Shown: in pieces, positions 12,080 through 26,272 of the stretch
How positions within the stretch are numbered: the first letter of the stretch is position 1
How the letters are laid out: each line of letters starts with the position of its first letter
The notes under the pieces: model-generated
The model's input: only the letters and a program-made list of their open reading frames with translations
The model's database searches: none
Told to the model about the DNA's origin: nothing
NCBI GenBank assembly: GCA_951406725.2
Contig: OX597819.1
Location: 92,194,001 to 92,258,000, forward strand
DNA from: Octopus vulgaris
Taxonomy: Eukaryota
DNA: 64,000 nucleotides
Direction of reading: 5' to 3'
Position numbers and translations under genes: made by a program

Positions 12080-12278
12080 ATTTTGGCAGCAGGCCAACAA
12101 TTTTAATGATGAGCTAAGTCGATGACATCGAACCTAGTGCATAATTGGTACTTATTTTATCAACACCGGAAATAATGAAATGCAAAGTCGACCGCAATGG
12201 CATTTGAACCAGGAACGTAAAGCTGGAAGAGATGCTGTTCAGCATTTTATCCAGCGTGCCAAAGATTCTGCCAGGTTG
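12080..12278 (-). mobile_element. SINE family B (diverged)
   Basis: ggtacttattttatc...caaagtcgacc...atttgaacc...gattctgccag. Confidence 0.65.
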
Positions 12279-13005
12279 CTGACTTCTGAGACATGTAACG
12301 GGTGATGAGAAAAGGAGTGGAAAGGTGCGTCAGGTGGACGTAGGTTGCGATTAGGGTTGTACTTGTGATGGTAATAATATAGAGGTAGATAACTCTGAAG
12401 AGTACAGGACATTGTAATAAGGATAGACAAGGCAGAAAGAAGAGACAAGACATCTGTGACGCGGGGCGGAAACTTTCGTCTAGGTACAGTCTAGATTGTA
12501 AGAGCAATTGTATCATCACAGATATGGAAACCCTATTCCATTGTGCCTTGTATAGTTGTTCGCGGTTGAATTACCAATATGCAGTATAATTCGAATTGCG
12601 TTATTGTTTTATAACATTCTAATTGTGTAGATAAGTATAGTTCAACTGTTGCTTACAGTAATAATGTTACCATGCTTCTTATCAAGGTATGCTACTTTCC
12701 TGCACCTCTTATCTATTGTATTCGACTGTATATTTATTCTCCTTCTGGACTTAATTATTCTGCACACTGACCCTATTCCTTGACGGATTGTTCTGTGTAG
12801 GATGATTATCGAATTTTCTTTCACTTTAGTTTTGCAGGTCCTGAAGCAACGGAATTCATCGCAAACTATACAAATCACTTCTGTATTGGAAGATGACAAA
12901 AGCTGACTTCCTTCAAAGAGGACAATTATTCCTAAAATATAATTCCACTGAGATAGATGCTCTCTATTTTTTGTTGCTTGTCGAGAATGCCTAACAGAAC
13001 TTTGT

Positions 13006-13056
<51 letters not shown>

Positions 13057-15019
13057 GTAAGCAGTATTTGTCATGAATTTTGGAACAGTGTAGAAGACGG
13101 CTGCCGGAAGTCACATCTAACAAACAAGGAAACATGAAAATAGATCTCTTTGATTTTAATACCCAGTGCTCGAAACAATCATCAGTGTGTTCAACAACAT
13201 TAATGTTAAAGCTATTGCTTGCTTAGAATTTCTAGAATGTCTTAAAATTTGACCTGAATCCAAACAAAATAAATGTGGAACAACTAGAAAAGCAATAGTG
13301 TAAGTTTGTTTTAAGATCTGTTGTCTTAAAAGAAATGCTGACTAATCGAATATATAGTAAAATCAAACAAATTATCTTCCGACAGCAATGATTGTCTTGA
13401 AATAAGGATTAATTACAACTGAACAGAGGTTACTTGTTGATTTCAATTTGCAAATGCTCTCTCTATGTATATATACCAATCTGTGAGTCGTCTCGCAAAG
13501 ATGTAAAACATTGCAATGTTGGCATTTTGTGCAATAAGTAAATTACTGACATACAACTGCAAACACCTGCCTGTTGCTACTCAAACTTCTTTCCTCTTCC
13601 TTTATTGCGAATGGCCGACAGATAATTCACCCCTCGTATTTTTTACTCCACCCTACTAGAAGCAACATTCCACAACTAATTCCAGTATTCACTAGCATTC
13701 CATATCATCATCATCATCATCATCTGAATTGCCAAACTCGTAAGAGCGGCGAACAGAATGCTTCGCAATATTTCAGCCGACATTTTGCGCTCTGAGTTCA
13801 AATTCCGCCATTACTTTTCTTTGTAACCTATCAAAGTCAATGAAAAGTACTAATCGAATTTGGTGAATTAATAGGACGTAATATTGTTATTCTTTCTAAT
13901 CTTTTCATTATGAGTCCAAATCTTTACAGACCCTACTTGGGTAGGAGGCTAAATCCATCGTCCTGTCTATAACCAAACTCTCACTAGGGGTTCCGCGCGG
14001 GTTCCGTTCTGTGGCAAGCGTTCGAACTAGGTGAGGATACTTTTCTCTGTAATGGCTAATGGACACTCTCTTCACTCTTGACTAAAAGATAAGAAAACGC
14101 AATTTATGAAAAAGAAAAAAAAATGATCTTGCATTCTGATAAATATTTTATCCATCTGTATCGAAATACTAAGTTACGCGCTTTGCCATTAATGACAGCC
14201 ACTCAAAACCGACTTGCACCAGTAATTATGTGTTGAAAGTTTCTATTTTTCTTCGTTCTTCACTGCTGCTCTTTTGTATTATGAAATAACTGTCATAAAC
14301 AGCCACCAGGTTATTTTAAAGAAATATATACACTGCGAATTTACCTAAAGAATTTTATCGCAATGCACTCTAAAATGTTATAGAATATACCATGTTACGT
14401 TATGTGCCCAAATGAATTGAATCAATAAGAATCAATTCTTTTAGTTATGGACCAGACAGAAATAGTAAGTAAGTTACAATCAATTTATTTTTAATTATGT
14501 AGAAAACGAAGGGGAAATTGAATACTTGAAGAAAATAACCGAACTCTTTTCATAAGAGGTCTGCCTGACTAAGGCGACTGAGGGTTATGTATGTAGTGAA
14601 ACAACTAATTCAGATAGTAAATGGCTGAAATTACTTGTGAAACCATGAGATGCGAAAGTGATGTATTAACTTTTTACTGTAGCATAGGTTTAGTAGTACG
14701 ACATGAACATTGTGTAGAGGTTCCCAATCTGTTTGACTTCGTGGTGCAGTAGAAATGAAACTAAAATTTATTGATTCACGTCACAAAGAAAATTAAAATG
14801 GAGTCTGTTTTAAGCGTAACAGTTCAGAACAAAATAGCAAAAACTAGTACTGTGTATAAACCATAATTGTTTCTAGCAAAATGACGATATTCAAGACACT
14901 GAAATTTAAATAAGGATTTTGTGAAGAACTATATTATATTTTTAAAAATCTACGATATATCTAGATCCCTCCCATATAAACTGTCTTTTACTTCAATAGA
15001 CAGACTCCGTACGCTTAGT

Positions 15020-15420
15020 ACTTCTTTATTCAACGGAACTGTCATGCTGCATACGTAACACTTCCAGTTTCCTTTCTTATATACGATATCTGACTTCTTG
15101 TATATCCGTTCTTTTTCTCAAATTTTTATGTTTCATCGTTCTTGCATGCTAATATCATCTAATATCATGCATTCAACGGAGCATGCTAGTCTCATCTCAT
15201 TTAGGTCTTTTCAGAGTTCTATCTTCGCTAACATGTTTCGGTAACATGCAATATTTCACCTATTCTGCACAAACACAATACAATTTGGCCTTCATTCGGT
15301 GGGAGATGCCCTTTGATACCAAAGAACAAGCGCTCACTGGACTTGTATTTCCTCGTCCTTACTCTGGCTACTATTTTTTGTAATACCAACTTCACTACAG
15401 ATTAAGTTGCATAGATAACA
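15020..15420 (-). pseudogene. RTE-type LINE reverse-transcriptase C-terminal fragment
   Basis: Minus-strand translation ...SKGISHRMKAKLYCVC...TLKRPK*DETSMLR*M resembles the RTE K.KLY..CV...LYG.ETW...MLRWM region; multiple stops. Confidence 0.55.
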
Positions 15421-17499
15421 TAAGCTTTCAAATATTTTTGAAGAGCTCACTAGACAGTTGAAAGAATTCTTATAATGAACGATCTGACAGCTAACTACCC
15501 CTGTACAAAACGAAGGAAGAATTAGGCAGAAACATACAGATGTTATTGGGTGACTGGGAGTACGACATTATGTATTAATGAACGACTGGAAGATTTGAAT
15601 GTAATAAATATACGTATGTCTGTATGTCTAGGTGAAGATTGAAAGGAGATGGAAGTTGTTAGTAGAAAATATTGACTGTTAATTCCAGAATGAGTGAAAT
15701 TTTCGTTAGGGTCACTATGGGTGGCCGTCGTGTTGGACAATTCAGAACAAGGTTCGTAAAAGGAACGGTCAGTTGACTTGATATGCCAACACTAGGTTTT
15801 GATATGGGACCAATATCTCACATTTGAAACCAATTCTCACGGAATCGATTTGCCAATTAGTGATTCATATCATTTACTTATAAAAAAACTACGCGGGTTA
15901 CACAAATAAATTCTTCACTCCTTTTTAAATTTTCCTCTTCTCTATCTTAAGCGCCAATATTTGAAGCATTGATGAAATTTCCAACTGACACAGATTACGA
16001 AAAAACTTTTGTTCTTTTTAAAAATTAAAAAATTTTGTGATAGAGTTCGTCTACACACGCACACGCGCGCGCGCACACACACACACACACACTCACATAC
16101 ACACACACACACAAACAAACAAACACAAAGGCATATACATATGCGTTTGAGAGTGTGTGCATGTATGCGCGCGCAGCGCGTGTGTCTGATCGCGTTGGCG
16201 TTTAGAATGTGCAGTCGTTATTTGATGTTGAAATGCTTTCCTTTATGTCCAAAATATTTCTTGGTGATTTGATAAGTGGAGAACGATACAGTGAGCAACT
16301 GACTAAAATACTACTAGCATCAGTAAGATCAACGAAATCCCTTCGAGGTGATACCTCAGCATGACTGTGGTAAAAAAGCAAACAAGAAAGAAGGATGAAC
16401 CTTACATGTTTGTGCAATGAGATAATCTCTTGAAAACTGTTGAAATATTCATCAGCAGCCTATCTAGGGGCCTAGAGTACTCCTCACACATTCATAAGAA
16501 TATATTTTTATTTTCCCTTGACATTAACTCCTTTGACGTCTACACCTCCGGGTGTTAAAATAAAGTTGGAACATTTTAAATATCTTATCAGATCTTTGAG
16601 GAGTCGAAATACTTAAATATTCACGTATCGTAACTTAATCCTGTGTCTTTGTTGTGTTGTTGTTTAGTGATAAAATCACTGCAAAATTTTCTCATCTCTA
16701 CCTCTCTTCACAAACCCACGGAGGAGATAAGGAACGAATAAATCTAATTCAGAAATTTAATGAATAGAATCATTTGAAGTTCACCTGTACTTTTGTGGCC
16801 TACAAATGCTTGCGGATGAGAATAATTATTTTTGACGTAAGTGTTTAAACGGAATCTTTTAGCAGAAGTAGAAATTAGTTTGTAACTTTCCCTAAATGAA
16901 GTGAAAGAATTCTCCCCAGGAAATCTAAGCCGGGAATAGTCTCGCTCAGTGAGTAAATTTCTTCTTTCTCTTCGTTTGTTACGAAGATAAGACTTCTTTT
17001 TTCTTAAAGTTCGAGCTAAATATTAGTGTGTTGGAGAAAAGCTGCCACATATACGTCTTTCTCAAGGACAATGCGGATGTTAATAAAGTTAAAATCTTCC
17101 ACTTTCGAGTAAATGACTCGTACCAGATACGGCTTAGCCGAAATATAGTTCCCCTTTATGTTATATGTGACATTATCTTTAAGGATACATCTAAAAACAC
17201 ACATGCGTTGACCAGCCTTTGTAATCAACGTTCTTCACTTCTGATCTGTTCTAAATGGATAATTGTTTGACTAACATCAGCAGCCTTGTCACGTCCCGTC
17301 ATATACATAAAACCCTTACAAAACTGAAGCTCATATCTCCACCATTTTCAGCCAGTTTACACTTACTTCATTGCAGTTGTTCAAAGGACGAATTCTGAGA
17401 ACAACATTTCGAAGAATTCATTCACCCACTAATAAAAGCTAAGAGATATTTAGTCACTAACTGAATGCCTGAAAGGTAAACTATACATCCATTTCCTGT

Positions 17500-18140
17500 A
17501 CGATCTTCGGTTAGTCTCTCCTCTCAAAAGTATCCTTGCTAAAATAATTTCTAATAACTTCACAAAATTTTTTCACTTGTCAATTTATCACCACTGCGGT
17601 CCTATAAATACACCTTAATCTGACCAAACCCCAAAATAAAGAAAAGAAATACAGTTGTGCCTCATTGTCTATCAACTCCACATTGTGCACTTGTAATTAA
17701 ATCAGAATTCCCTTCTGGAGCCCACACACCTTATCACTTAGCGCATAACGTAGTGAAATGTAAAAATATTTCCAGCAATTGGGTTGGCTCAATCAGGGAC
17801 GAGCTGAGATCAGCATCAACTTCTTCAATCATCCAAGTTGTTGAAATCTTGACGGTGTTCCCTCTGTTAACCTTAAAATGTGTGTCTGAGCTGGCTCGGA
17901 TTCTTACCAAGCTCTTTATCCTTTTGTTTAGGAATATCAAACCCTGATGAGAGTGTGTCTCACCCTTAAAACGAGCAACTCCTCTAACCCTAATAACTTC
18001 AGATTAATCGTTCTTATTGTCTATATTTCAAGAACGAGGGAAAACGACAGTATACATTTTGGAGAAGAAATCGATATAATGACGTTTGGTACTTGTCTAA
18101 TACCTATTTTAACGATCTTGGTCAACATTGCTACTTGACT
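17500..18140 (+). pseudogene. CR1/L2/Jockey-like LINE ORF2 fragment (start of RT)
   Basis: Frame-broken translation ...DGVPLLTLKCVSELARILTKLF...LKTSNSSNPNNFRLIVL resembles the GPDGI..LK....LA..L..LF...P.NYRPISL signature. Confidence 0.6.
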
Positions 18141-18767
18141 TAAAATATAACATCTCACAGACTTATCTACCGAAGATTTTGTGACCTTCTCAACAGGTTA
18201 TATAATTAAAAAAAAACCCCACGTACTCTACCCATAGAAGATCATATCGTCTAACCAGAATTTTGATAGGAATCATCACGGGAGAACAATACTTCAGATA
18301 CATTCCTGAAATGCAGATGAAACCATCTGTATATAAAAAAAATTAAATAAATAAATAATTACATAACTATATACATAAAACAAATAAAGCACACAATAAA
18401 ATACAGGCATTGGAATTTTCACAGAACGGAAGGAGCGCCTGAAGGCTGACAGTCGATAGGGATATGATAAAGAAGCAGCAAAGTGCTGGCAAATTCTTGG
18501 GACATCTGAGAATGCCGCAGGGGATTGAATCATTCACCACATAACAAAGTGTCTTGATAGCTTGCAGAGATATGGAATGGAAACTATTCAATGGCAGGTG
18601 CTTCTAAGAACATAAAAAAAAATAAACGAATTAATAAAATAATCATAAATAAATAAAGCGGAAAATAAAAGTGAAAATATAAAAAGTTGGCAGTTGTTGT
18701 TAATGTAGACACCAGCACAACCACCATCACTTGTAATAGTATTACAAGTATTAGAAGTAACAGCAGG

Positions 18768-18777
18768 ATTATTATTA

Positions 18778-18845
<68 letters not shown>

Positions 18846-18864
18846 GTTATTATTATTATTATTA

Positions 18865-18951
<87 letters not shown>
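18768..18951. repeat. (ATT)n-(AGT)n microsatellite
   Basis: Directly visible. Confidence 0.97.
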
Positions 18952-18952
<1 letters not shown>

Positions 18953-19327
18953 ACACAAACATAAACATCGGAGAGAAATTCATAGTTAACTTGAAAAGTG
19001 ATATATAAAAAAGAAAAAGACCCAGAGGAATTACAACAGCAGAAGCAACAACAACTAATGCGAAATCAGAAACAAAAACAGGAGCACTGGATTATGTTTA
19101 CAGGACACACATACACACGCACGCATATGCGTGCGCGCACACACAGACAGACACGCATGCACACACACACACGCAAACACACACACGCGCATACACACAC
19201 TTTGGATTCACAGTTATTGACAGTGTCACAAGGGTACCGCCATGGCGTTCTAAAAGGCATAGTCGATCTACCCCTTTACACTTCAGACAACAGCAAGTAT
19301 TTTCCGCAGAAGAAGAGAAAGAGATAC

Positions 19328-19662
19328 GGCGAATTTCAGTCAGATAGATGCCTTGCCGCAAAAAATCTGGCACTCTGTGGGTTCAAAACACGCAAAGGTC
19401 ATCTTTGATATTCATAATTTCGGTGACGATATATAAATTATCAGTACATTTCTGAAGAAAATTTTCTCCCTTTCTTTCCCTCTTTTATATATGCATGTAT
19501 GTGCACCTTCACTTTATGTAATCTAACCCTAACCCTAACCCTAACGCTTATTAGTATTCTTCCTTGAAGGTATGAACTGGTTTCAGATTTTTTTAATGAT
19601 TTATTTACAAATTATATTTGTAAAATAAATGTTTGCCGGTCCCTTCGACTGAAAATTTTACC
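19328..19662. mobile_element. Putative MITE-like element with imperfect inverted ends and internal (TAACCC)3
   Basis: ggcgaatttcagtcaga at 19328 pairs with tcgactgaaaattttacc ending at 19662; ctaaccctaaccctaaccctaac at 19523-19545. Confidence 0.45.
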
Positions 19663-19940
19663 TTTTCTAGTTTGATGATTAGAATTTACCAATGTAACCA
19701 ACAGCATTAATTGTTATTGGCATAAACGTATATTTGTTGTTATGTGCGTATATGTGTACAGGTGTGTTTAAACGTGGTACCGTTGAGTGGGTGTGGCCTC
19801 ATATTACTGTTTACACGTGTATATATGATTATGTGCATGTGTTCAGACCAGGAACTTCAAGTAAAGAATCCTTGGAATTTTTAACAAAATTTTCTCTGTA
19901 CCACTAAAAGATGGTATTTCTGGAATGCAAATTTATTTAT

Positions 19941-19971
<31 letters not shown>

Positions 19972-21544
19972 CTTTTTTGAGAAACAACTTCTAGTTGTCG
20001 AGCCACAAAATCAGCAGATTTCGGCGGTGCTGTTTCATTTCCTTAACTATGATGAATAGTTATACAGTACAGCCCCAGACTTCTTTCTGTCTCAGGCCGG
20101 GTGCTCAGTTACTATATTCTGTGTGTATTCACAGTGATCTTAGAGGAATGTATTCAAGAAACCTGTTTATAATTTATACATCACATTCGTGCCTGCTAAA
20201 TGCCACTAACTGGAGGCCACATGCATATCCTGGTTTTTAGCAACTAGGGTTATACGTATAATTGTCAGCCAGGATGGCTGACAGTTGCCCAATGTCAGCG
20301 TCCATTGTTCTTTTGAAAAGAAATAAACGAAGCCTTTTAGAATATAAGCAATCTGTAGCTATAACAAACTCTCAGATCTCTCTCAGGTAATGTCCTTTTC
20401 GGTTGTTATGTAACAACAGTCGGGGACGTTTCGCTGTTGATGGCATAAATTTTGGGATAGACATTTGCACATTACTTTCTCCCTAGTTCATTTAATCACA
20501 TTGTATCACATTGTTTGCATCCAGATCCCCCATCAAAATGACACTATATTGTCAGAGAAAGGAACCTTCAGTATCTTGATGCTATGGCTTTTCACACTGC
20601 GTTTTTACATAGTAAAATCACGCGCTTGATAGACTTGCGTTCTAGAAATTTTTACCGATGAGGAAATTTTTCCCTTACAACTCCCATTTCGTGTTTAAAG
20701 GTAATTCACTTGCCCATCAATATATCTTCTCGCCATTTCTCCTAATCTATCATAAAGCTGCAGTTGGTGGTTAGTAAATATATTATTCAGTTTGTACTTA
20801 GTGACAGTGTTTAGTTAGAGAGTCTGTCGATATTCGCTGTGATTGCTTTTCTCGTTACGATAGATCTGCCTTAATCCGATCTGTTGGCATATGGTAATCG
20901 CAGTACGGTCGAATAGAACATCCAATGTTCAAAATTTGGAATTCTCGATCTCTGCTCATTCTTCTTTAGCTAATTAGTCCATCGCGGATAATACCCGATC
21001 GCTGGGTTTTCTGTCGAATCGTGTGGTAATTATCCACCCATATAATTGTTTATCCATGCAAATAGAGAAGTTTTTTCTTTCAATATTGTTAACTGTGCTT
21101 TTAGTTGTTTATATCCATCCGCCCATTCGTTAATCCATTAATCCATCAATCCACCCACCCACCCAGCCACCGAACCATACGTACATATAAATAAAAGATC
21201 CGGTAGATGCGCCAAGAATCACAAATATTCTTTCTTCTGAGTGAAATGTTTCAGATAGCAGCGATCCTGTAGTTATTTTTACTATTCGCGTAGCAAATTT
21301 ATATTATTGACATATATGCTTTAATGGATTTTCATTGCTGTAAATAACTATAAATAACGTTTCTTTCTTTTCACTTATGTAACATACTGGAAACGATTGT
21401 ATGCGTTAGCGGTGATCATGCCGGTGGTACTGGTGGCACTGGTGTTGCTAGCTTGTTATGTTATAAATATTCTGGTAGGTTGATGTTCTCTGTAATGAAC
21501 AATATTTCATACTTCACTTCACTTACGTGTCTCAACAGTAATAA

Positions 21545-21610
21545 CGATAATATTCATGATAATTATAATAATGATAATGGTTAACGATGATAATGCCGGT
21601 GATGATGATA

Positions 21611-21697
<87 letters not shown>

Positions 21698-21884
21698 ATG
21701 ATGACAATGTTGATGGAGATTGTGATCGTTATGGTGATGATGATGATGAATTGAGGGCTGGTTCTTGTAGTTATATGATGAGAGTAGTGATAAGGATAAT
21801 GATGATGATGTTGATAATGCCGATGATGATGATAATGATGATGATGATGATGATAATGAAAATGATGATGATGATGATGATGCT

Positions 21885-21915
<31 letters not shown>

Positions 21916-22094
21916 ATGACAATGAAGATGATGATGATGATGATGATGATGATAATGATGCTGCTGCTGCTGATGATGATGATAATGATGATGATGATGA
22001 CAATGTTGATGGAGATTGTGATCGTTATGGTGATGATGATGATGAATTGAGGGCTGGTTCTTGTAGTTGTATGATGAGAGTAGTGATAAGTATA

Positions 22095-22127
<33 letters not shown>

Positions 22128-22310
22128 GTACAACTGTGGATGAAGGTGATAGTGATGATGATGATGAACGTGATGACGATGAAGCTGGTAATGAAATGTT
22201 GATAAGCATGTCTACGGTAATGAAGACAAAAAAATTCAAGAAAAATAGGAAGGTGAAAAAGCAAATAGTAGTGGAAGATAAAGAAGAAAGTATAGTAGTA
22301 ATAGTAGTAT

Positions 22311-22357
<47 letters not shown>
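21545..22357. repeat. (GAT)n/(GCT)n/(AGT)n low-complexity block with an internal ~297-bp tandem duplication
   Basis: gacaatgttgatggagattgtgatcgttatgg...gaattgagggctggttcttgtagtt occurs at ~21703 and ~21998. Confidence 0.92.
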
Positions 22358-22531
22358 TAAAAACAAAGAGGAAGAAGTAGAATTGGAAAAAGAGAAGTGG
22401 AAGGTGAGAAGAAATCGAGCAGAAGCAGCAGTAGTAGCAACAGCATCAGCAACAGCAATAGCAGTAGTTTTTCCTTCTAAATGAACTTGCCTTTTCAATT
22501 ATTCATTAACACATGTGCTGTTTCTGCGTAA

Positions 22532-22910
22532 ACAGGCGTTCATTAGGCAATCCTCTTACAAAATGACGATTCTGACGTCAGCAGACTCCTCCACAAATCT
22601 CCTTCACACATCAACACACAACAAAACATTTACAGGCGCACGTTCGCAACAACAGTAGAACATGCATTCGCAACAACAACAGACACGCACAGACACTTAC
22701 ACACGTACATACACATGCGTATTCATGATTTACGTGCATTTTAATCCTCCTTAAACCCAAATCTCTCTTATTTCTTGTAACGTATTCATATCATTTCAGT
22801 TTCTAATTCATATTTGCATCATTAATATTTTTTACCTGCTTAATCTTCTGTATATCGTCATATGGATTTCTTATTGCTTCTTCCCTCTTTCAGAGCGCGC
22901 ATACACACGC

Positions 22911-22955
<45 letters not shown>

Positions 22956-23059
22956 GTATGTGTATATGTTTGTGTGTATATGTATGTGTGTTTGCATGCT
23001 TGTATATGTGTTTGTTATTTCTTTATTGCCCACAAGGTGCTAAACACAGATGGTACAAA
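22532..23059 (+). repeat. Left arm of a ~530-bp near-identical inverted duplication
   Basis: Reverse complement of 24166-24720; differs by a few substitutions and in (TA)n length. Confidence 0.92.
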
Positions 23060-23432
23060 CAAGGACAGACAAAGGAATTAAGTCGATTATATCGACCCCA
23101 GTGCGTAACTGGTACTTAATTTATCGACCCCGAAAGGATGAAAGGCAAAGTCGACCTCGGCGGAATTTGAACTCAGAACATAAAGTCAGAAGAAATACAT
23201 ATTTCTTTATTACCCACAAGGTGTTAAACACAGAGAGGACAAACAAGGACTGACAAACGGATTAAGTCGATTATATCGACCCCAGTGCGTAACTGGTACT
23301 TAATTTATCGATCCCAAAAGGATGAAAGGCAAAGTCGACCTCGGCGGAATTTGAACTCAGAACACAATGACAGAAGAAATACCGCTAAGCATTTCGCCCG
23401 GAGTGCTAACGTTTCTGCCAGCTCGCCGCCTT
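23016..23432 (-). mobile_element. tRNA-derived SINE, family B, with tandemly duplicated 3' part
   Basis: Head aaggcggcgagctggcagaaacgttagcac at 23432 (minus); B-box-like gagttcaaattcc. The 3' ~185 bp occurs twice (23016-23197, 23200-23380). Confidence 0.88.
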
Positions 23433-23493
23433 GTATATGTGTTTGTGCGCGTATGTGCGTGTATGCGTGACCATGCATGTTAATACACACACA

Positions 23494-23551
<58 letters not shown>

Positions 23552-24055
23552 AAATCAGACCCACTCCAAAATGACTAATACTTATCTACGACTGCAAGAA
23601 TTGTATTATTTAGTAAACGGCACTGAACTTGCCGTGGTAAGCGGGAAGTACAGCGTTTCGCATAGTCTTACTTCAGCAAAAGTTCCAGATGTGAGAAATT
23701 AATGAGGGACAGCCGAGATTTACATCTTTTAAGTTGGAAAAACTAATATTGGAGCCAGTTATATTTTTATTTTTATTTTGAGTATGTTAAGCTGTTCCGT
23801 CCCTCATTTTAATTTCTCTCCTGCCAACTTTTCTAAGAAGAACGACTATCTCCGAAACGTTGGATTTTCCACTGACGATGGCAACTTCACTACACTCATG
23901 TTCTTGATTGTACTACACACTCACACATACACACACGCGCACACACACACACACACACATACATACACACACATATACATATATATGTGTGTGTAGAGAG
24001 AGAGGGAGAGACACACATATATGTAAATAACAATATGTATAGAAACACACACACA

Positions 24056-24099
<44 letters not shown>

Positions 24100-24165
24100 A
24101 TTAATTAATAAGGGTGAGAGAATTAGATACTAATTTAATAGTATATCTATTCAACACCAAGTGGC

Positions 24166-24269
24166 TTTGTACCATCTGTGTTTAGCACCTTGTGGGCAAT
24201 AAAGAAATAACAAACACATATACAAGCATGCAAACACACATACATATACACACAAACATATACACATAC

Positions 24270-24342
<73 letters not shown>

Positions 24343-24720
24343 GCGTGTGTATGCGCGCTCTGAAAGAGGGAAGAAGCAATAAGAAATCCATATGACGATA
24401 TACAGAAGATTAAGCAGGTAAAAAATATTAATGATGCAAATATGAATTAGAAACTGAAATGATATGAATACGTTACAAGAAATAAGAGAGATTTGGGTTT
24501 AAGGAGGATTAAAATGCACGTAAATCATGAATACGCATGTGTATGTACGTATGTAAGTGTCTGTGCGTGTCTGCTGTTGTTGCGAATGCATGTTCTACTG
24601 TTGTTGCGAACGTGCGCCTGTAAATGTTTGTTGTGTGTTGATGTGTGAAGGAGATTTGTGGAGGAGTCTGCTGACGTCAGAATCGTCATTTTGTAAGAGG
24701 ATTGCCTAATGAACACCTGT
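24166..24720 (-). repeat. Right arm of the inverted duplication
   Basis: Reverse complement of 22532-23059; the track shows identical peptides ([17 protein letters not shown]) on opposite strands. Confidence 0.92.
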
Positions 24721-24787
24721 ATTTTTGTGGTTGAAACCTTTTGGATTTACTAGTGCTAGAGTGAGCCATGTAGTGACCACTCTCTTA

Positions 24788-25225
<438 letters not shown>

Positions 25226-25656
25226 CACACACACATATATATATATACAATGTCAGTTTAGAGGGAGATATTGTTTACTACAGTAGCTCTGAGTTACGTT
25301 CCAGGTTATGGCTAACCGCAACGATTAATATTCAAAGTCTATGACAACTAGCGGTTGTCACTCATACTGTAAATTCCTCCGATGGGTATGTCCGTGTTAG
25401 CTTCACTGGATGGTAATATCTGGAGTGTATATTAACAAAAATCATAACGATAGAGAATATGGAAACGAATAATGCCCGATTGAATATGCAGCTGCCCACC
25501 CTCTATGCCGTGGAATCACGGCTAGGTCGCAGTAATCATAAATATAGTGTGTGACATTGTAAAATAAAATAAACAAAATTTTGAGTAATTACCAGTCACC
25601 ATATTATTTGTCGACATTGCTTATATACATATATATTCTTTTACGTTTTGATTCCA

Positions 25657-26001
25657 TTACTTGTTTCAGTCATTTGACTGCGGCCATGCTGGAGTACCGC
25701 ATTTAGTCGAACTAATCGACTGAAGGGATTATTCTTTGTAAGCCTAATACTTATTTGATTAGACTCTTTTGCCGACCCGCTATGTTACTCGAACGTAAAG
25801 ATGCCCACATTGGTTGTCAAGCGATGGTGGTGGTGGGGGGAACAAACACTGGTACACAGGTACATACACACAAGTACATACATATATATATATATAAACG
25901 TTAAACCCTCCTTCTTTCCTTCTTTCCTGAGCGTCCAATAATACTATATTTGTTCCACGTCCTCGCGTTGTTGTGTTTTTTTGGGGCTTTCTTGTTTGGA
26001 T

Positions 26002-26051
<50 letters not shown>

Positions 26052-26215
26052 TATATATACGACGGATTTCTTTTAGTTTCCAAATCCACATACAAGGCTT
26101 TGATCCGCCCGAGGTTTTAGTAGAAGACACTTCTCCAAGATACCATGGAGTGGGACTGAACCTGGAACCATGTGGTTGGGAAGCAAGTTTCTTACCACAG
26201 AGCCACTCCTGCGCC
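25657..26215 (-). mobile_element. SINE family A, interrupted by a nested insertion (25896-26005) in its internal (TA)n
   Basis: Family A 3' half at 25657-25890 and 5' half at 26050-26215; the insert is homologous to 48047-48155. Confidence 0.82.
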
Positions 26216-26222
26216 TATATAT

Positions 26223-26272
<50 letters not shown>

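Noticed and set aside
19523-19545. Interstitial telomere or chromosome-fusion site
   Set aside because: Only about three units, no head-to-head arrangement, and it lies inside a probable mobile element.
21519-22498. Long ORFs (up to 308 aa) rich in His/Ser/Met/Asp
   Set aside because: Translations of stop-free trinucleotide repeats that are open in several frames on both strands. The same applies to the [16 protein letters not shown] ORFs throughout the track.
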